The notes: generated by a model from the letters alone, not told the origin. Counted from the first letter of the stretch, positions 1-13,793 are shown. The stretch: DNA of 64,000 nucleotides from Klebsormidium nitens (GCA_000708835.1 DF237464.1:1666-65665); one strand, 5' to 3'. Made by a program: numbers and translations.

Positions 1-258
1 CAAGATCAAAAAGAGAAGAAGAAAGGTACAAAAGGTGCAGCAAAAGTTAGACAAAACTCATACATCCTTCAAGCATCTGGAATGCGCTTACAGCAAAAAC
101 CGTCTATGCAAGCTGGCCGGCTTTCTCTTAGAAAAACTTCGAACACGGCAGCATGATCCTGGGGCCTCGACCTGCTGCCGAGGTAGAGAAGCTCGATACA
201 TCCAAGGTGATACATCGGGCGGCCTGTCCAGTGATCAAGGGCAGGGGCGACCGCGCAC

Positions 259-2486
259 CAGGGAGATGACGGGGATGGGGGTGGCGGCGCGGCGGTCGCG
301 GTACTGCTGCCGATGGTCGCGCACAGACTCCAGCTCCCGGCGCAGCTGCGTGATGCGCGTCTTGAGCAGGCGGCGATCCACCTCGATCTGCTTCTCACCC
401 ATGCCCTTCACCTGGCCCCCTCCGCTCTGCCGCTCCAGATGCGTCCACATCCTGCACGCACACACAGCCGGCACCAAGACGTCAGGGAGACAAAAAGCAT
501 CGAAATATGAAAAGGCTTAACAGCACCCGCATGACCAAGAGGATAGTTGGTCCCGGCGGCTGGATGCGGGTGCTGTCAAAAAACAGGAAGCTAAGAAATC
601 AAGTTGGACAAACACTCTATGGAAGCTGAAAACAAGAAAGAGAGACAGGACGTCTTCCTAAATTGGAGCATGCATTATCCCCTACACTGCTGACAAGGCG
701 TACCCTAACGGACAGTCTTATCGATCCACATCCGGCACATGGTGCCGTCGTCAGCGGGTGCGCACCGGGTGAGGCGCGGCAGCTGGTACTCGGCCTGCGC
801 CATCTCGACCTGCAGCTTGCCCTCCTTGGTGGCTGCGCGCTGGCTGAAGATGTCCAGGATGAGCGCCGTGCGGTCGCACACGCGCACGCTGTCGCCAAAC
901 ACCTTCTCCAGGTTGCGCAGCTGGCCGGGGGACAGCTCGTCTGGAACACACGCCACACAGTCCGGCCATCAGCTAGAAGGGCTCCGAGAAGAGCCTGCAG
1001 AGAGCCCTGCCTCCTTCAAATTGCGTCTCATATCTGTGCTGCCTGTGCTGACAGCGTGGAAGGCCTTCCGATAATGCCGATTCAGCCCAGATCTTTTCTT
1101 TACCTCCCGAATGTCCTCAAAAGACAAAAAGAGGAAAGAACATCAAATCGCATCAAGATGGATGCAAGTTTCCTTACGCAATTGAGTGACTCTGAGTTCG
1201 ACACAAAAGAACGCAAGGCCACAACGGCTCACTTTCTCGCAACTTGTTGTAGCAGCCAGACGGCCACTCCAGGAAAGGAGGAATGCGAAACATGAAGAAC
1301 AACCGAAATCAGTGTACTTTGGCCTTACCATCAAACACGACAGTCTCAGCGCCGGACGCTTCCACAGCCCGCGCAATCTCATTGATCTTGCCGGAGCCGA
1401 CGTAGGTCTTGGGGTTGGGGTGTTCCAGCTTCTGGTGCGTGGTGCCCACGACGCGCAGGCCCGCGGTGTCGGCCAGCTGCGCCAGCTCCTCCAGGCTGTC
1501 CGCCACGGTCCACCCCAGGCTGGCCGCGCCCTTCTGGTCCACGCCCACCAAAAACGTGCGCTCGTAAAACACCTGCGAAGGATGCAAGAACAGTGGGCCA
1601 TCAGCCCGGCGGCAAAAGAGCATCTCAAAGCGTTGAACTGATCTGGGAAGTGCTTGCAATTCAGATTAACTGGACCTCCCTTGCTCGCTGATTATGTAAA
1701 CAGGAATTTGGCTCGAGTATTTTAGAAATCCAAGTCTACTCAGCGAGCTTGCGACAGACACAGGGGCTAGCCAGCACGGTCAAGATTCTCTTCTTGCCAG
1801 TGTGTTGGCCAATCGCAGCCAATTACCTCCCGCCCGCTGCTTGTCTTCTTGAAGCGCCTGTCGATGTCCTCCTCCTCTTTCAACTCATCAATGACCGTGG
1901 TGCCGTCCAGCCCCGCCAGCAGGTCCTCGACGCTCTCCTCCGGCTCCTCCTCCAACGCAGCCCCCTCATCCACGGCAGGGCCTCCGTCCATGCCAGAACT
2001 GCTGTCAATCTCGAAGTCCCAGAAAATCTTTTCGCCCGTATCCATGAGTGCCGAAATTGGCCCATTTTCGGGCCTACCGTTCCGTGCTTCTGACGGAGCC
2101 CCAGGAGACGGCTGCTCTGGCGTTTTGCCTGCCACCCTGGGACTACTGCTGCTCTTTTCCTGGGGCGGCTCATTCCCAGCTGAGGCTGCCCTGGTGGGCA
2201 ACTGCTGCCAGCCACTGCCGGTGTTGCTACTTCTCGCCCTTGCACCGCCCCCTGACTGTCGCAAAGTGCCAGTTTTAATTGGGAAAAGCTCCTGCCTCAG
2301 CCACGCCGCAGGAAAATCCTCCTGCAATTTTGTCCCTTGTCTCCTGTCTCTTACGGATGTTGGGCTCGGCGGGGAGCATCGTGGAGAGCTGGATGCATGG
2401 CTGCCGCTCTGAAGCCTCTGGGCGATAGACACAGAACCTGCATGACACGAAGCAGCACGAAAGCCAGCAGAAGTAACGAGCGCCAT
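259..2486 (-). CDS. hflX: HflX-family GTPase, probably plastid-targeted; partial, 3' part (G1 box onward) lies beyond the left edge
   Basis: GT-AG exons 2486-1827, 1572-1329, 940-766 and 451-259 join in frame. They give HflX N-domain motifs [76 protein letters not shown] and PVISLV (just before the expected G1 box). The Ser/Ala/Arg-rich N-terminus resembles a transit peptide. Confidence 0.93.
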
Positions 2487-3050
2487 TTTGTTGCTCCGAA
2501 GTTGATCGCCTTGAATCAGAACTATGCTTCTCAGACTTGTTTGCAGGCGACCTGATTTTAATAATCTTGATTCTTGGTGGCACCAGCACCTGAGGCTGGA
2601 GCACTGTCCGTCTAAACAACCGGCTCGCTGATTCACTGCTGAGCTTCAGAACAGCGACAACTTCTTGCCGTATCAAGAGCAATAGGGACGCCACGAAATG
2701 CTGCACAAGCCTCCACTTCGCAAAACCGGCAGCTCACCGTGTCACGGCCCACGGGACCCGTCCGCTTTGCCTGGTGGGCTCTGAAAAGACTTACACATTG
2801 ACGATTGAGTCAAGAAACTTGAGAGGCAGCTCAAGATGATGATCAGCCTTTTCAAGCTTTTGACTCCGAGAACTTGCAAATTGCAGCTCAGCTGTGCAGG
2901 TGGTGCAGCAGAAGGAGGCTCCAGTTGCTCCACAGGCTCCAGCTAGCAAGCAGGGAGTAGTATAAGCTAGGAAGCTTGCCAGCAGCCTTGCGAACTGCAT
3001 GTAAGTTTTGTGTGGCTACTGCGTGGAGGATTTGCGTAGATTGCATCACA

Positions 3051-6000
3051 ATGGGGAACAATCAATCCAGTCGCATTGAAGAAGGCGATCCTGATATCTC
3101 TGAGGCAGCCCCTGATGATCTCCCCATCCTGATTGCCCTGGATGAAGATGCAGCAGCGGTCCAGCAACGGGATCACAAAGAAAGGAGGAGTCACTTGGGG
3201 TTTGGGGCAGCACTTGTTGCAGCATCAATTGGCGCGGCATTTGTGTGGCATCAAAAAGTGCAAAAGCAAAACCGGAAACAACAAGGTGCTTCTTCCTTCT
3301 GAAGTCCACATCTTCAAAGATACAGGCACTTGAGTTGGACATGCAGAATTGACTCGATTTGTTGCAGGTTCATTGGTTCATTTGAATGTTTGCGGTTACA
3401 CAAATGGGGTCTAAACATCTGTGGGCCTCAAGCTGCCCAAGTTGTCACATCATACGGGTATACCTACATTTGCTTCTCACATGGCAGGCCAACCAAGTTT
3501 TTTGAGGCCCTGCTGCTCACACCACCCTTGCTTTGCGCTGTTCAGCTTCCTATGTTGGCAACTTTGGAAAAGACAAGTCCATCAAGATCCGCTTTGATTA
3601 CACCCCCAGCGAGATTGAAGCGGAGGCGAGGAAGCTCATTGACCGGTCACAGAAAGTCCATGACGCAGTGGCCTCCATTCCTCTTGAAAAGGTGAGCAAG
3701 TGGTGATGTGAACTATCAGCCTTGTTGCACTCTTTGGGGAGTAGGTCAAGTCCTCTCAGTCTGGTCAGGCTGAAAAGGACATATGATGCACAGCTGAAAC
3801 CTGAGTTTAATGAATCTCAATTGTTCGCTGGATAGAGACCATGCCAGTGAGGTGGTTTCAAGCTCAATACTTCAAACAGAAGTTGACATGCTGGGAAAAG
3901 CCTGTGGATCGAAAAGGCAGGGGGGGCACAGTCTAGTTTCAAGGCTTCACAGGACTCTATCCGATTTGACATACCGCAAACAGTTTGTCTGGATCCAGTT
4001 TCACGTACCGCAAACAGTTTGTCTGGATACACAAAATCTCCTCTGATGCTGCTGGCGCGAGTACGCATGTGTTATACTTTTGACATTGAGCGACAAATCC
4101 TATTTTAGAACACATGCTGCCATTTTCCAGGTGACGTACGCTTCCGTGATTGAACCACTTTCCAGAATAGAGGGTGAAGAGTACCACGTCCTCCAAGCGC
4201 TTACCTTTCCAGCTCACGTGTCAAGAAAGAAGCCTGTGAGAGATGCGGCCATTGCGGCTGAGACCAAGTTGAACGCGTATGCCGTCAGGAGTAGCATGCG
4301 ACTGGACGTGTACCAACGGGTGAAGGCCTTCTCAGTGAAGGGGGAGGAACTGAGGACTGAAGAGCAGAGATACGTGGACAGACTGGTAAGGTCACAGTAC
4401 CAAGTCGATTGAGGTAATTTGGGCGAGCCATTAAACCTCAACCTTTTCTTTGGTGAACGACATGTCTTCGTGTTGTAAAACGGGCGGTTTGTGCCGATCT
4501 GAGGCTGAAACTATAGATCGAGCGAACTTGACTGACATCTGCACCATCCAACCTAAAAGTCCAGGAATCCCTTGTCGAAAAGCTACCTTCTTGGGTTCCA
4601 GAGCCTGGCCTGGCTTGTAGTCTGGCAATCCGAAACGAGTCGACTCAAGAAAACCTTTCTGTCCAGACCGGATTGTAACCTACATTCTGTACAAATTCGA
4701 GCACGAAACCCATTACACTGGCTATGTGGATTGCTCCATCGAACCTACAAGAAGAGTGCCGCATAGCCGCGGAAAGTTCGCACCCCGCGGTCTTCCTCAA
4801 GCTCTTCTGGCCTACGACGTCTTTGTGTGTGCCTGTTGCAGGTGCGTGACTACGAGCGGCTGGGCCTCAATCTCGATGCGGCCACCCGGCAAAAAGTGGA
4901 GGCGCTCAAGACCCGCTGCGGAGAGCTGTCCATCAACTTCCAAAGAAACTTGAACGAGGAGAACACGATCCTGCACTTCACAGCAGACGAGCTGGCGGGC
5001 ATGCCCCACGACTTCGTCAAGGTGCGATATCCCGCAAGCTTTGAATTAACCACCCTGCTTCGCTGACGGATTCCTCCACTGAATTGGCCTCTGGCGTCGT
5101 CCTGCCGCCGTGTGCTCACTCTGGTGCTCGCCGCTCCTGCAGGGTCTGAAGGCGGTGCCAGGCGAGGCCGGCAAGCTGGAAGTGACCCTGCGCTACCCGC
5201 ATGTGTTCCCACTGATGAAGATGTGCAAGGCAAGTCGCCGACGTCACTTTCGAAGCGCCACCTGTTCCTCTGAAGTCGAGTGGCGAAATCTGCATTTCAA
5301 AGACCTTCCAAAGACCGAAGAGACGTGTTGCAGTAAATGTCTTGGCGTCGATGACGTGTGCCTGGACAACGACTTCAGATTGTTGTTGCATCGTTTCGTC
5401 CGACGGGTGGCCAAGCCTGCGCTCAACATCTGACACACAGTCCGTCAACATAACTTCCCGGTGATCCTTGTTTTCAAGCCAAGACTGATGTCTTCCTTGT
5501 CAGGTTGGGGCAACGCGAAGAAAAGTCGAGTACGAGTTCAACAGGAGGTGTATTTTTGAGAACGTGAAAATCATTGAGGAACTGGTAAGTGAAACCCGTT
5601 CAGCGTCCACAAGTGTGCTGAATTTCTTTGTCAAATTACCATCCACATCTTACAGGAAGTCCCTTGTTCACGTTTCGGAGCTTACCCTGGCAAAGTCGTT
5701 GAGGTACTTCTGTGATGACCATAACTCTGATGGAAAGGAGAGGAACTGTAGTCGAACGTCTTTTTGGCAAGGCTAACGGCAGCCGTCTCGACCCAAACTG
5801 CTCTACCCAAGATCTTCTGAGGCCAGCCCTGCTTTCAGCGTTGATTTGGTGGTGAGTTGGCAGCAACTCAGAGATTTCTGGTTGTTTGCTCAGATTCGGC
5901 TCCGCCACGAGCTGGCCACGCTGCTGGGCTACCCCACGCATGCCGCGTACGTGCTGGACGTGCGCATGGCCAAGACCCCCGCCGCGGTGAGAGCTGCTGT

Positions 6001-9000
6001 GCTGCCAGGAGATCTGCAGCTGGGCTGCGCAACCCACAGTCTGTGGGGGCTCGCCTGAAGCTGTACCTCTCTCTTTCGCTAGGTACTGCGGCCCACGCAA
6101 CAATGTGTGCTGCAGGACTTGTCCGGTCGTCTGCATGTGCAGTGCAGTAGAGACACGCTTCGTTAGGATGAGAGTGTCGAACCCGCGTATGCGTCCGTCC
6201 GTGGTGCAGGTCCGGAAGTTCCTGGAGGACGTGTCGGACAAGATGACCTCGTTGGCGGACAAGGAGCTGCAGCAGCTGAAAGCGCTCAAGGTACGTGCGC
6301 AGGGCCTCGCACGCTGCAAAAATCTCCATCAAAGGCGTGTTCGGTTGCTTAAACGACGAGGCAACGATGGAGCAAGTCGACCTTCTGTATCCTCAGCTCT
6401 GGCATCGTTCTATGACGGGGTTGGTTTGGCTGGTTGCAGCGCGCGGAGGAGGGCGAGGCGGCGTTGAGCATGGCGGACTTCCGGTACTACATGCACCAAC
6501 AGGAGGAGCGCCACTTCAAGATCGACCACCAAAAAATCAAGGTGCCCCTCCAGCAGCCCGCCGCCGCCCCTGTGTCCGTCTCCTTATGTTGGCTCCCTTT
6601 GAAAGATCCTTCGTTTCATCCAGAATGCTTGGCCGGTTGACTAACTTTTTCACAGTCTGGGAGACTATAGCAGAAGCGCATGCCCTCATGCATTCGATCG
6701 TTGTCCGTGCAGGAATACTTCCCCATGGACAAGGTGACAGATGGCCTTCTCAAGATCTACCAGCAACTGCTAGGTGAGCGCCTTTGCAGACTGCTCCACC
6801 GGTCTGCTCATCGTACAGTGTCGAGGAGGAACTGCTCTGATACCCCATAATGGACCACCGGCGATGCGTTCGACTGCTAGAGGCTCGCTACCACTGCTTT
6901 GGACCCTTTTGTGTGCGCGCAGGGCTGCAGTTCACGGAGGTCTCCTCACCGCACACATGGCACGAGGAGGTGCAGCTGTTCTGCGTGCACGACGCGGCGA
7001 GCGGCGAGAAGCTGGGCTACTTCTACCTGGACCTGTTTCCGCGCGAGGGCAAGTACGGCCACGCCGCCGTCTGGCCCCTGCAGAAAGGTTGCACCCGCAA
7101 GGACGGCTCCCGCCAGGTGCGCCCCACCGGGGCCTCATCCAGCACGACGCACCGCGGCACCGGGCTGCTGCTGAGCTGTGGGAGGCTCCAGCCTGAAAAC
7201 GTGGGACACAAAGCATGGGCAGGATGCGGCAAGGAGGCTCTTTGAGCGTGGTGGCAGACACGAGGCCTTCACCCAGTCGGGAGATGCCGCAGTCATCTGG
7301 CTGCAGTCGAGGATTGAATCTGTACCCATCGTGGTTGTCCTCTGCTGTGCGCAGCTGCCGGTGGCGGGCATGTTGGCCAACTTCAGCCGGCCCACTGCGG
7401 ACAAGCCGTCGCTGCTCGCGCACAACGAGGTCGAAACGTACTTCCACGAGTTTGGCCACGTCGTGAGCACCACGGCGCCAACAACCAAAAAGGCTCTTGC
7501 GAAGATAAACTTCGTCAAACATCTGACTTTCCAGCAAGCTACTGGGGAGTGCACGAGTCTTGCAACGGTGGTCGTGCTTGTTCCAGCGAGGACAATTCAA
7601 GAGGCCATCTTTTTGGCCTATGCCAGCTTCGTCCCGCTGGTTAGTGGAGCAAGATTGCAAGTGCAGAGCGCACGTTCACCCCTTTTGGTTTAAGCCACTG
7701 GGTCCAGCCGCGCTGTGTGGTGCTCACACGTTGCAACTCTGTCGGCTGGTTTTAGACCCTAATGCGTGAACCTTGGGGCTGTAATCCGCAGATGCACAAC
7801 ATATGCAGCCGTGTTGAGATGGCTCGCTTTGCGGGGACGAGTGTCGAGCGGGACTTCGTGGAGGCTCCCAGCCAGATGCTGGAGAACTGGTGAGGAAACA
7901 CGGCCTCTGGCGTGCCTCCTCGTCTATTTTCGGTGGTCCCTTTCACATGCCAAGCCGTGTCAAAGTTCACTCATTACGTACGTTCGTGCTCCGCGTGTCT
8001 GATTGCGACGCCCAGCCATAGAGCGTTGGCTTGGACCGTCTGGGCAAGCCAGTCTGGCGCATTGGGCCTGCATAGCTTTGTCTTCCTTAGTCCTTCTGGT
8101 TGAGTATTTTCACTCATCGGAACTCGTGTCTCTATACGTCTCTCACAACCTGGATCCGAATCTCGTTGTTGAAAAGCAGGGCTTCAATGGCTCTTGCTTG
8201 CAGGTGCTGGGAGAAGGCGTCTCTGCGGTTGATGAGCGGGCATTACCGCGACGGAAGCCCGTTGCCGGAGTCTCTCCTGGACACGCTGATCAGCACCAAG
8301 AAGGCGCACGCCGGCCTGCTCTGCAAGCGGCAGCTCTTCCTGGGTGAGCCACGTGGCAGAGCGGGCCACGATTACATGTCTGTCAGCACGATTGCGTGGT
8401 GGGTCGATGTCGATTCAAGATCAAGAAGGATTTCTTCGCAGAGCCTATTTAGTCGGGTAGCAATACCAGATGTCCATTGTAGCAACCAGGTTCGGCCCTT
8501 TCTGATAGTGCGCTTCGTCTCCTTCCCAGGGCTGCTCGACCAGACGGTGCACACGCGCGCACAGGCCGACACCGCGGCCGTCATCCAGGAGCTGCATCCC
8601 AAGGTACGCCCGCGCATGCCCCCTGCCATAGCCGCCAACAACGCGCATCCGCTCGAAGTTCCTTTGTTCCTTGACGTATGAGCTATGAGGTATAAGGTAT
8701 GAGGCATGAGGCATGAGAAGTGAGGTATGAGGCATGAGGTATGCGCTTGGGATCTAGACTTGACATCGCTCAAATGCATCGACGGTCCTGGCTCCCGGGT
8801 TCGACAGCGGGGCTGACCCGCCCCGGTGGTGCAGGTGCTGGCGGGCATCCCCGCGACGGCGGGCACCAACATGCTGGCCTCCTTTGGCCACCTCGCGGGC
8901 GGCTACGACGCCAGCTACTACGGCTACATGTGGAGCGAGGTGCGCCGCACGCCCCCGCTCTATCGAGATTTCGCCTGCGGCACGGGCCATGGGGGCCTAG

Positions 9001-9323
9001 GGCCAGTGGCCGGCACCTTCTGATGACACAAAAAGCTGCGTTATCTGGAGGGCTCAACTCGTACTGCCGACGATTTTCGCGCTTGAACACTGCTTTCACC
9101 ATTCGCAACAGATTCGAAAGCGTTGCATCCTGTGGTGCAGGTGTTTTCTGCTGACATGTTTGCGACCAAGTTCGCGAAGGACGTGCTCAGCCCGGCAGCC
9201 GGCAAGGAGTACCGGGACAAGATTCTGCGGCCCGGAGGGTCCATTGACGCTGCGGACATGCTGTGGGACTTCCTCGGACGAGAACCCACCGAGGCAGCCT
9301 TCCTGGAGAGCAAGGGGGTCTAA
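3051..9323 (+). CDS. Peptidase M3A, thimet oligopeptidase/neurolysin-like, with an N-terminal membrane anchor; 17 exons
   Basis: Exons 3051-3285, 3546-3691, 4131-4385, 4842-5021, 5143-5229, 5504-5584, 5894-5986, 6210-6290, 6440-6541, 6713-6773, 6923-7116, 7355-7462, 7792-7889, 8204-8343, 8530-8603, 8835-8939 and 9141-9323 join in frame. Motifs: [19 protein letters not shown], zinc-binding HEFGH (exon 12), [45 protein letters not shown]. Confidence 0.95.
8678..8742. repeat. Degenerate 7-bp tandem repeat (YATGAGG)n, about 9 units, inside a TOP intron
   Basis: Read directly: tatgagc tatgagg tataagg tatgagg catgagg catgaga agtgagg tatgagg catgagg. Confidence 0.8.
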
Positions 9324-10965
9324 ACCCGGCCACGCACGGAAGGGCCGCGAGGCAAGAGTCACTAAGAAGTAGCTGGGTTGCCGTTGAATCAGGGTTTGAC
9401 ATGCGAGTAGTGCCGTGAAGAGTGGACTGCACCATCATTGCACGGATGTATAGTTCCGTTACAGCTTTGAGAAGTAATAGAAGGGCCGTCGACCTTGAAC
9501 GCTTTGTTGAAAGATGCCCTTTAGACCTCCTAAACATACTCTGATTTGGATAGATAAATACAAGCCGATATTCTGCGTTAATATGCAGAAGGGTCATTGC
9601 AAACCACTTAACACGTTAGCAATTTGAGATAGGCCGTCATGGAGTTTTCCATTTTGAACGCCGCATTTCCGGGCAATGTTGCGTGCGGGAATGGCGCTTA
9701 GCGCTTCTTAGCCGTATAACTAAGGCCGCACTGAATTGGTCCATCCGCGCTTACATGGAAGATGATTGCAATGATTGTGTGGTTACACGGCAGGTATCCT
9801 GGCTGCCCGGCCTGGTGATTCAAAAGCGCTACCTGGCGCGACGCTTTGCGCAGCTGTGCTGCAATATTTGCCGACTCAGTTTGACTCATGCTTGACGCGC
9901 TGCATGATTTTCGGGAATGTAGAGATGAACACGTACTTAGCATCTCATATGGTGTCATATAAGCACAAGCTAAGGCCAGGACGTATGTTTTCATGATGAC
10001 AGCATACCCATTCCGCAGTTTCTTTAACGCGCGGGCCGGATGACCGTACCAGGACCAAACATCATGCAAACAAGCGTGGGCACTATCCGAGCAAACGCAG
10101 CCAGTGCACTGACTTGTATAGGTCCTTGACGTCGACGTTTCAGGTGCTGGTTTGCTAGCTCACTTTGCAATAAGCGGCCATGCAAGCATTTGCTACGTCG
10201 CTCTTTCCAGTTTTCGGCGAGACTCTCACAGTAAACTTCTAATGCCATGTCTGTTGTGCGAGGTCGAAGACCAGCAACTTACATTTTTGGTACTTATTAG
10301 GCAGGTCTTGTCGATCTGATTGCATTCCGCTCAGGATAGTCATTCAAATGTAGCAAGACGAATGATTGTCAGCCACAAACATGCTCGACGTGATACGTGT
10401 CGACTTCAAACCCTTTGAATGAATCCAATTCGTCCATGTATCCACGTGACTAATGGATACAGACGTGAACGTGGACTTCGCTCACTAAGTATCGTCACAG
10501 ACTGACCGCCAACTCAAGAAGTAGATCTATGTACAAATTTCTGCTCCCTGGAACCCCCCTCTCTACAGACGGGCGTTGTCTAGAACAAGAAGAGACGACA
10601 CGAAACAAGGTTCTTGCCAGTCCCGCACTACATCTCTCGCAGCACTTGTCCATCGCCGATGGCTTCTCCTTGCAGCTGATTTGCTTGACCGGATTGCAAC
10701 GTTCTGCAACGACCAAGTGAATTGTTTAACCAGTACGTTACACACATCGAACAAAGTTCGACTTCACCACGTTATCTGCGATCATAAGTTTGACATGGCA
10801 ATATGACAAAAAACAAAGAAACTTGTATCAACAGCATAGTTTAGTTGCCGAGCCTTTGTTGCAAGCGAATCAACCACGTCTGGCCCACTTCAGCAACCTA
10901 CACAAAGGTGCCCCGGTCAGCTACCCACTGAAGTCTCACCTGTTCGCCTCCGCTGCCGTTTCCTC

Positions 10966-13793
10966 TCACGGCGCCGCCGGCTTCTCACTTCCTTCCCCTG
11001 TCTGCCCGCTTCTTTGCGCCGCCGCCTCCGCTGCCTCCTCCTTCCTCCCCCACGCGAATGGCCGCGACCCCTGCGCGCGCTCCCCGGCGTTGCCCTCCGC
11101 GGGGCGCCTCTCCCGGCCCCTGCTCGGCGGCCCCTCGCCCCCGTCACCCTTCTCCGCGGGGCCGTTCTTTTCAATCACCTCCCACGCCTCCGGCGACGAG
11201 TCCCCCGACCTGCGCCCGGGGGAGCTGGGGCGCCCGGCTGCGGGGCGGCCGCCTGGCGCGCGGTCCGCGGTGCGCTGCTCGTAGTCGTGCACGCGCTCCT
11301 GCACGCCGCCGCGCGGCCGTTCCTCGCCCTCTGCCCCCGCCTGGTCGGCGCGCCTGCCGATGAGCGGCGCCACGAGCTGGTCCTCCACGATTGCCACCGG
11401 CGCGGTGACGACCTCCTTGACGGTCTGCACCGGGTGCGCCACCAGTTCCTCCACCACGCGCACCGGCGCCGTCACCGTGTCCGCCGTCACCTCGTACACC
11501 GCCTCCGCGGCCGCCGCGGTCGCGCCCGCGATGGCGGCCACCACCCCGGGCGACTGCTCGCGCTCCAGGGAGCCGCGCGCGTCCTCGAACGACTCAGGCT
11601 CGGTCGGCTCGTCGAAGGGCGGGGGAGGCTCGCGCGGGGGCTCACGGGAAGCTTTGCCCTGCATCGAAGAAGAGAAGCACATGTCATTTGCGGCCGACTT
11701 CTGCATTCTAGCAGAACTAACTTGATTTCTTCTCAACAACAAGATTTTGCTAATCTCTAGGACGACAATAATCTCCTGCCTCCCTCTCTATGAACTTTGG
11801 CAGAACGAAAATTTGCCGTCTGCGGTAAATTATATGTTGCAAGAAGACAAGAACACAATGAGGGTCGTGACAGCTTTACGTTGAGATATGCACTGTTATT
11901 AATAAGTCCCTTTTCCCAGATCGTCAAACTTGAGATCGACAAGATTTTTCGGAAAGATGACGCCTTGACTTACACCGAAATCGCTTGGGCGGGCTTCCTG
12001 GGGTCTCCTCTCCTCTTCCTTTCTGCTCTCCTCCTCCTCTTCTCTTTCTCCCTTCTTCCGTTCTTCTTGTTTTATTTCGTCACCCCCGCCCCCTTTCATC
12101 TCTTCGGCGCGCTCTCTCGCTCTCACCAGCGGACCCTCAGTCTCCTTGTCGCCCCCTTCGCGGGTTCCTTCTGCCCGGGCGCTTTTCCACTTGAGCTCGG
12201 TCACTTGTTTCGACGGGCGCTGCGGCTCGGGCCGCCGCGGTGGGCCGGAAGCTGCTGCAAGCAGGACCGGGTGCGATCACGAAAGAGCTGAGCACTTCCG
12301 GAGGATGTTGCAAGCAAGCTTGTGCAGAGCTGAAGTCTTCTGTATCGTAATTTAGAACACTTCTGATTAATCTTTTCATGACTGGAGGCCTTTGTGAGGA
12401 AGGCAGGACACCCTAAAAATTGACCCAAACCGTTGATTTAGAGGCGTATGAGTGGGAATGCGCGCCGGCCTCGCGAGCCAAAGGCACCGTTTTGTAATGG
12501 TGTTTTGATGTGGCAAGTGTGCGGGCAGAGCCGGCAGTGGCGGGCCTCACCTGCGGCCTTCCACTTGCGCACCTTCTCCTTGGCCTGCTCGATAATTGCG
12601 TCGCGCTCGCGGAACGCCGCAGCCATTTCCTCCTCGAACCTGCACGGACACAGGCCAAGCACAACGCTGCGTCAACAAACACATCTTCTGTTTGTCCGTT
12701 TTGAGGAATCCTTTGCTACAGCCAAGAGCAATGAGAAAGAATTTTGGACACGACGCTGGCATTGTGCTTGTGAGGATGGCATGAGAACGCACGTCCGGCC
12801 GCGGCGGGTTCGCACCTCTTGCGCGCCTGGCGGAAGGCGTGCTGCTTGCGGCGCGTGGCGTCCTTGGCCATGGCGGCGGCCTTGTCGTGGCAGTCCAGCT
12901 CTTCGCCCACCGCGGTGATGCACGCCGCCTTCTCCAGCCACGCCACGTGGGCCACCGCCTCGCGGTACCGGGCCTCCGCCTGCAGTCCAAGCAACACCAC
13001 CGGAGGGCCGCTTAAGCCGGGGGCAGGGGATGAAACAGATGAGATACTTGTGACCAGGAAAACGAGCAGGAATGGAACCTTCGTGTGGTTGCTGACATCA
13101 GGGTCAAATAGCCATCATTCTAAAACCCGTAGAGTGCCATCGTAATGCTGGAGACTTCTTAGAACCTCTTTAGCCCCTAGGCAATTACTGCCAAGCAGCT
13201 GCCTCGTTGAAGACCCCGAGAAAAGCAGCCGTAGCCTGAACTGCAGTGGATAGGCGACCGCGAGAATTGATCTGCTAAGCGACCAATATCAGCACGTCCA
13301 GATTCTTTTCCGACCAACATGTCGTTAGGAAAGGCTGTCACACCGCCCCTTCTCCTGCGTGCCCTGAACCTCGATCCTGGTCCCCCCTCACCTCAAGGCT
13401 ACCCAGCGCGGCCGCCTGTTCCCCCAGGATGCGCACCTCCAGCCGCGCCATCTTCTCTGCGGCGCTGCCCGCCCGGAACACCTTGCTCTCGTACGCCTGA
13501 CCCCCGCGGGCCCTGCTGGGGGGTCGCCGCCCCGTGGCCTGCAGCGGCAGCTTCCACACCAGGTCCAGCACCACCTCCGGCGACGGCATCTCGCCGCCCT
13601 CGCCCGCCGCCTCGCCGCCCTGCTCGCCCCTTGCGGCTGCGGCGGCCACCGACTCGCGGCCGGGTGGCGGCTCGCGGCCGGCCTGGCGCGCGTGCTCTTC
13701 GCCCTGCAGGCGCTCGAGCTCGCGGTGGATGTCAGCTTCCGCGCGCTTCAGCTCCGCAATGCGCGCGGAGCCGGGGGAGGGGCGGGTGGCCAT
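10966..13793 (-). CDS. Hypothetical coiled-coil / low-complexity protein
   Basis: GC-rich exons with phase-compatible GT-AG junctions: 13793-13392, 12979-12816, 12639-12551, about 12259-11974 and 11658-10966. Helical charged segments (ELKRAEADIHRELERLQ, FEEEMAAAFRERDAIIEQAKEKVRKW). No family recognised. Confidence 0.7.

Noticed and set aside
663-1641. Long ORFs antisense to GC-rich exons (e.g. 663-1295+, 26307-27374+, 38329-39249+, 18474-18935+)
   Set aside because: Shadow ORFs caused by high GC3 on the real coding strand, which carries the recognisable motifs.
3972-4028. 23-bp direct repeat (taccgcaaacagtttgtctggat, twice) in a TOP intron
   Set aside because: Only two units; a local duplication, not a CRISPR array or element end.
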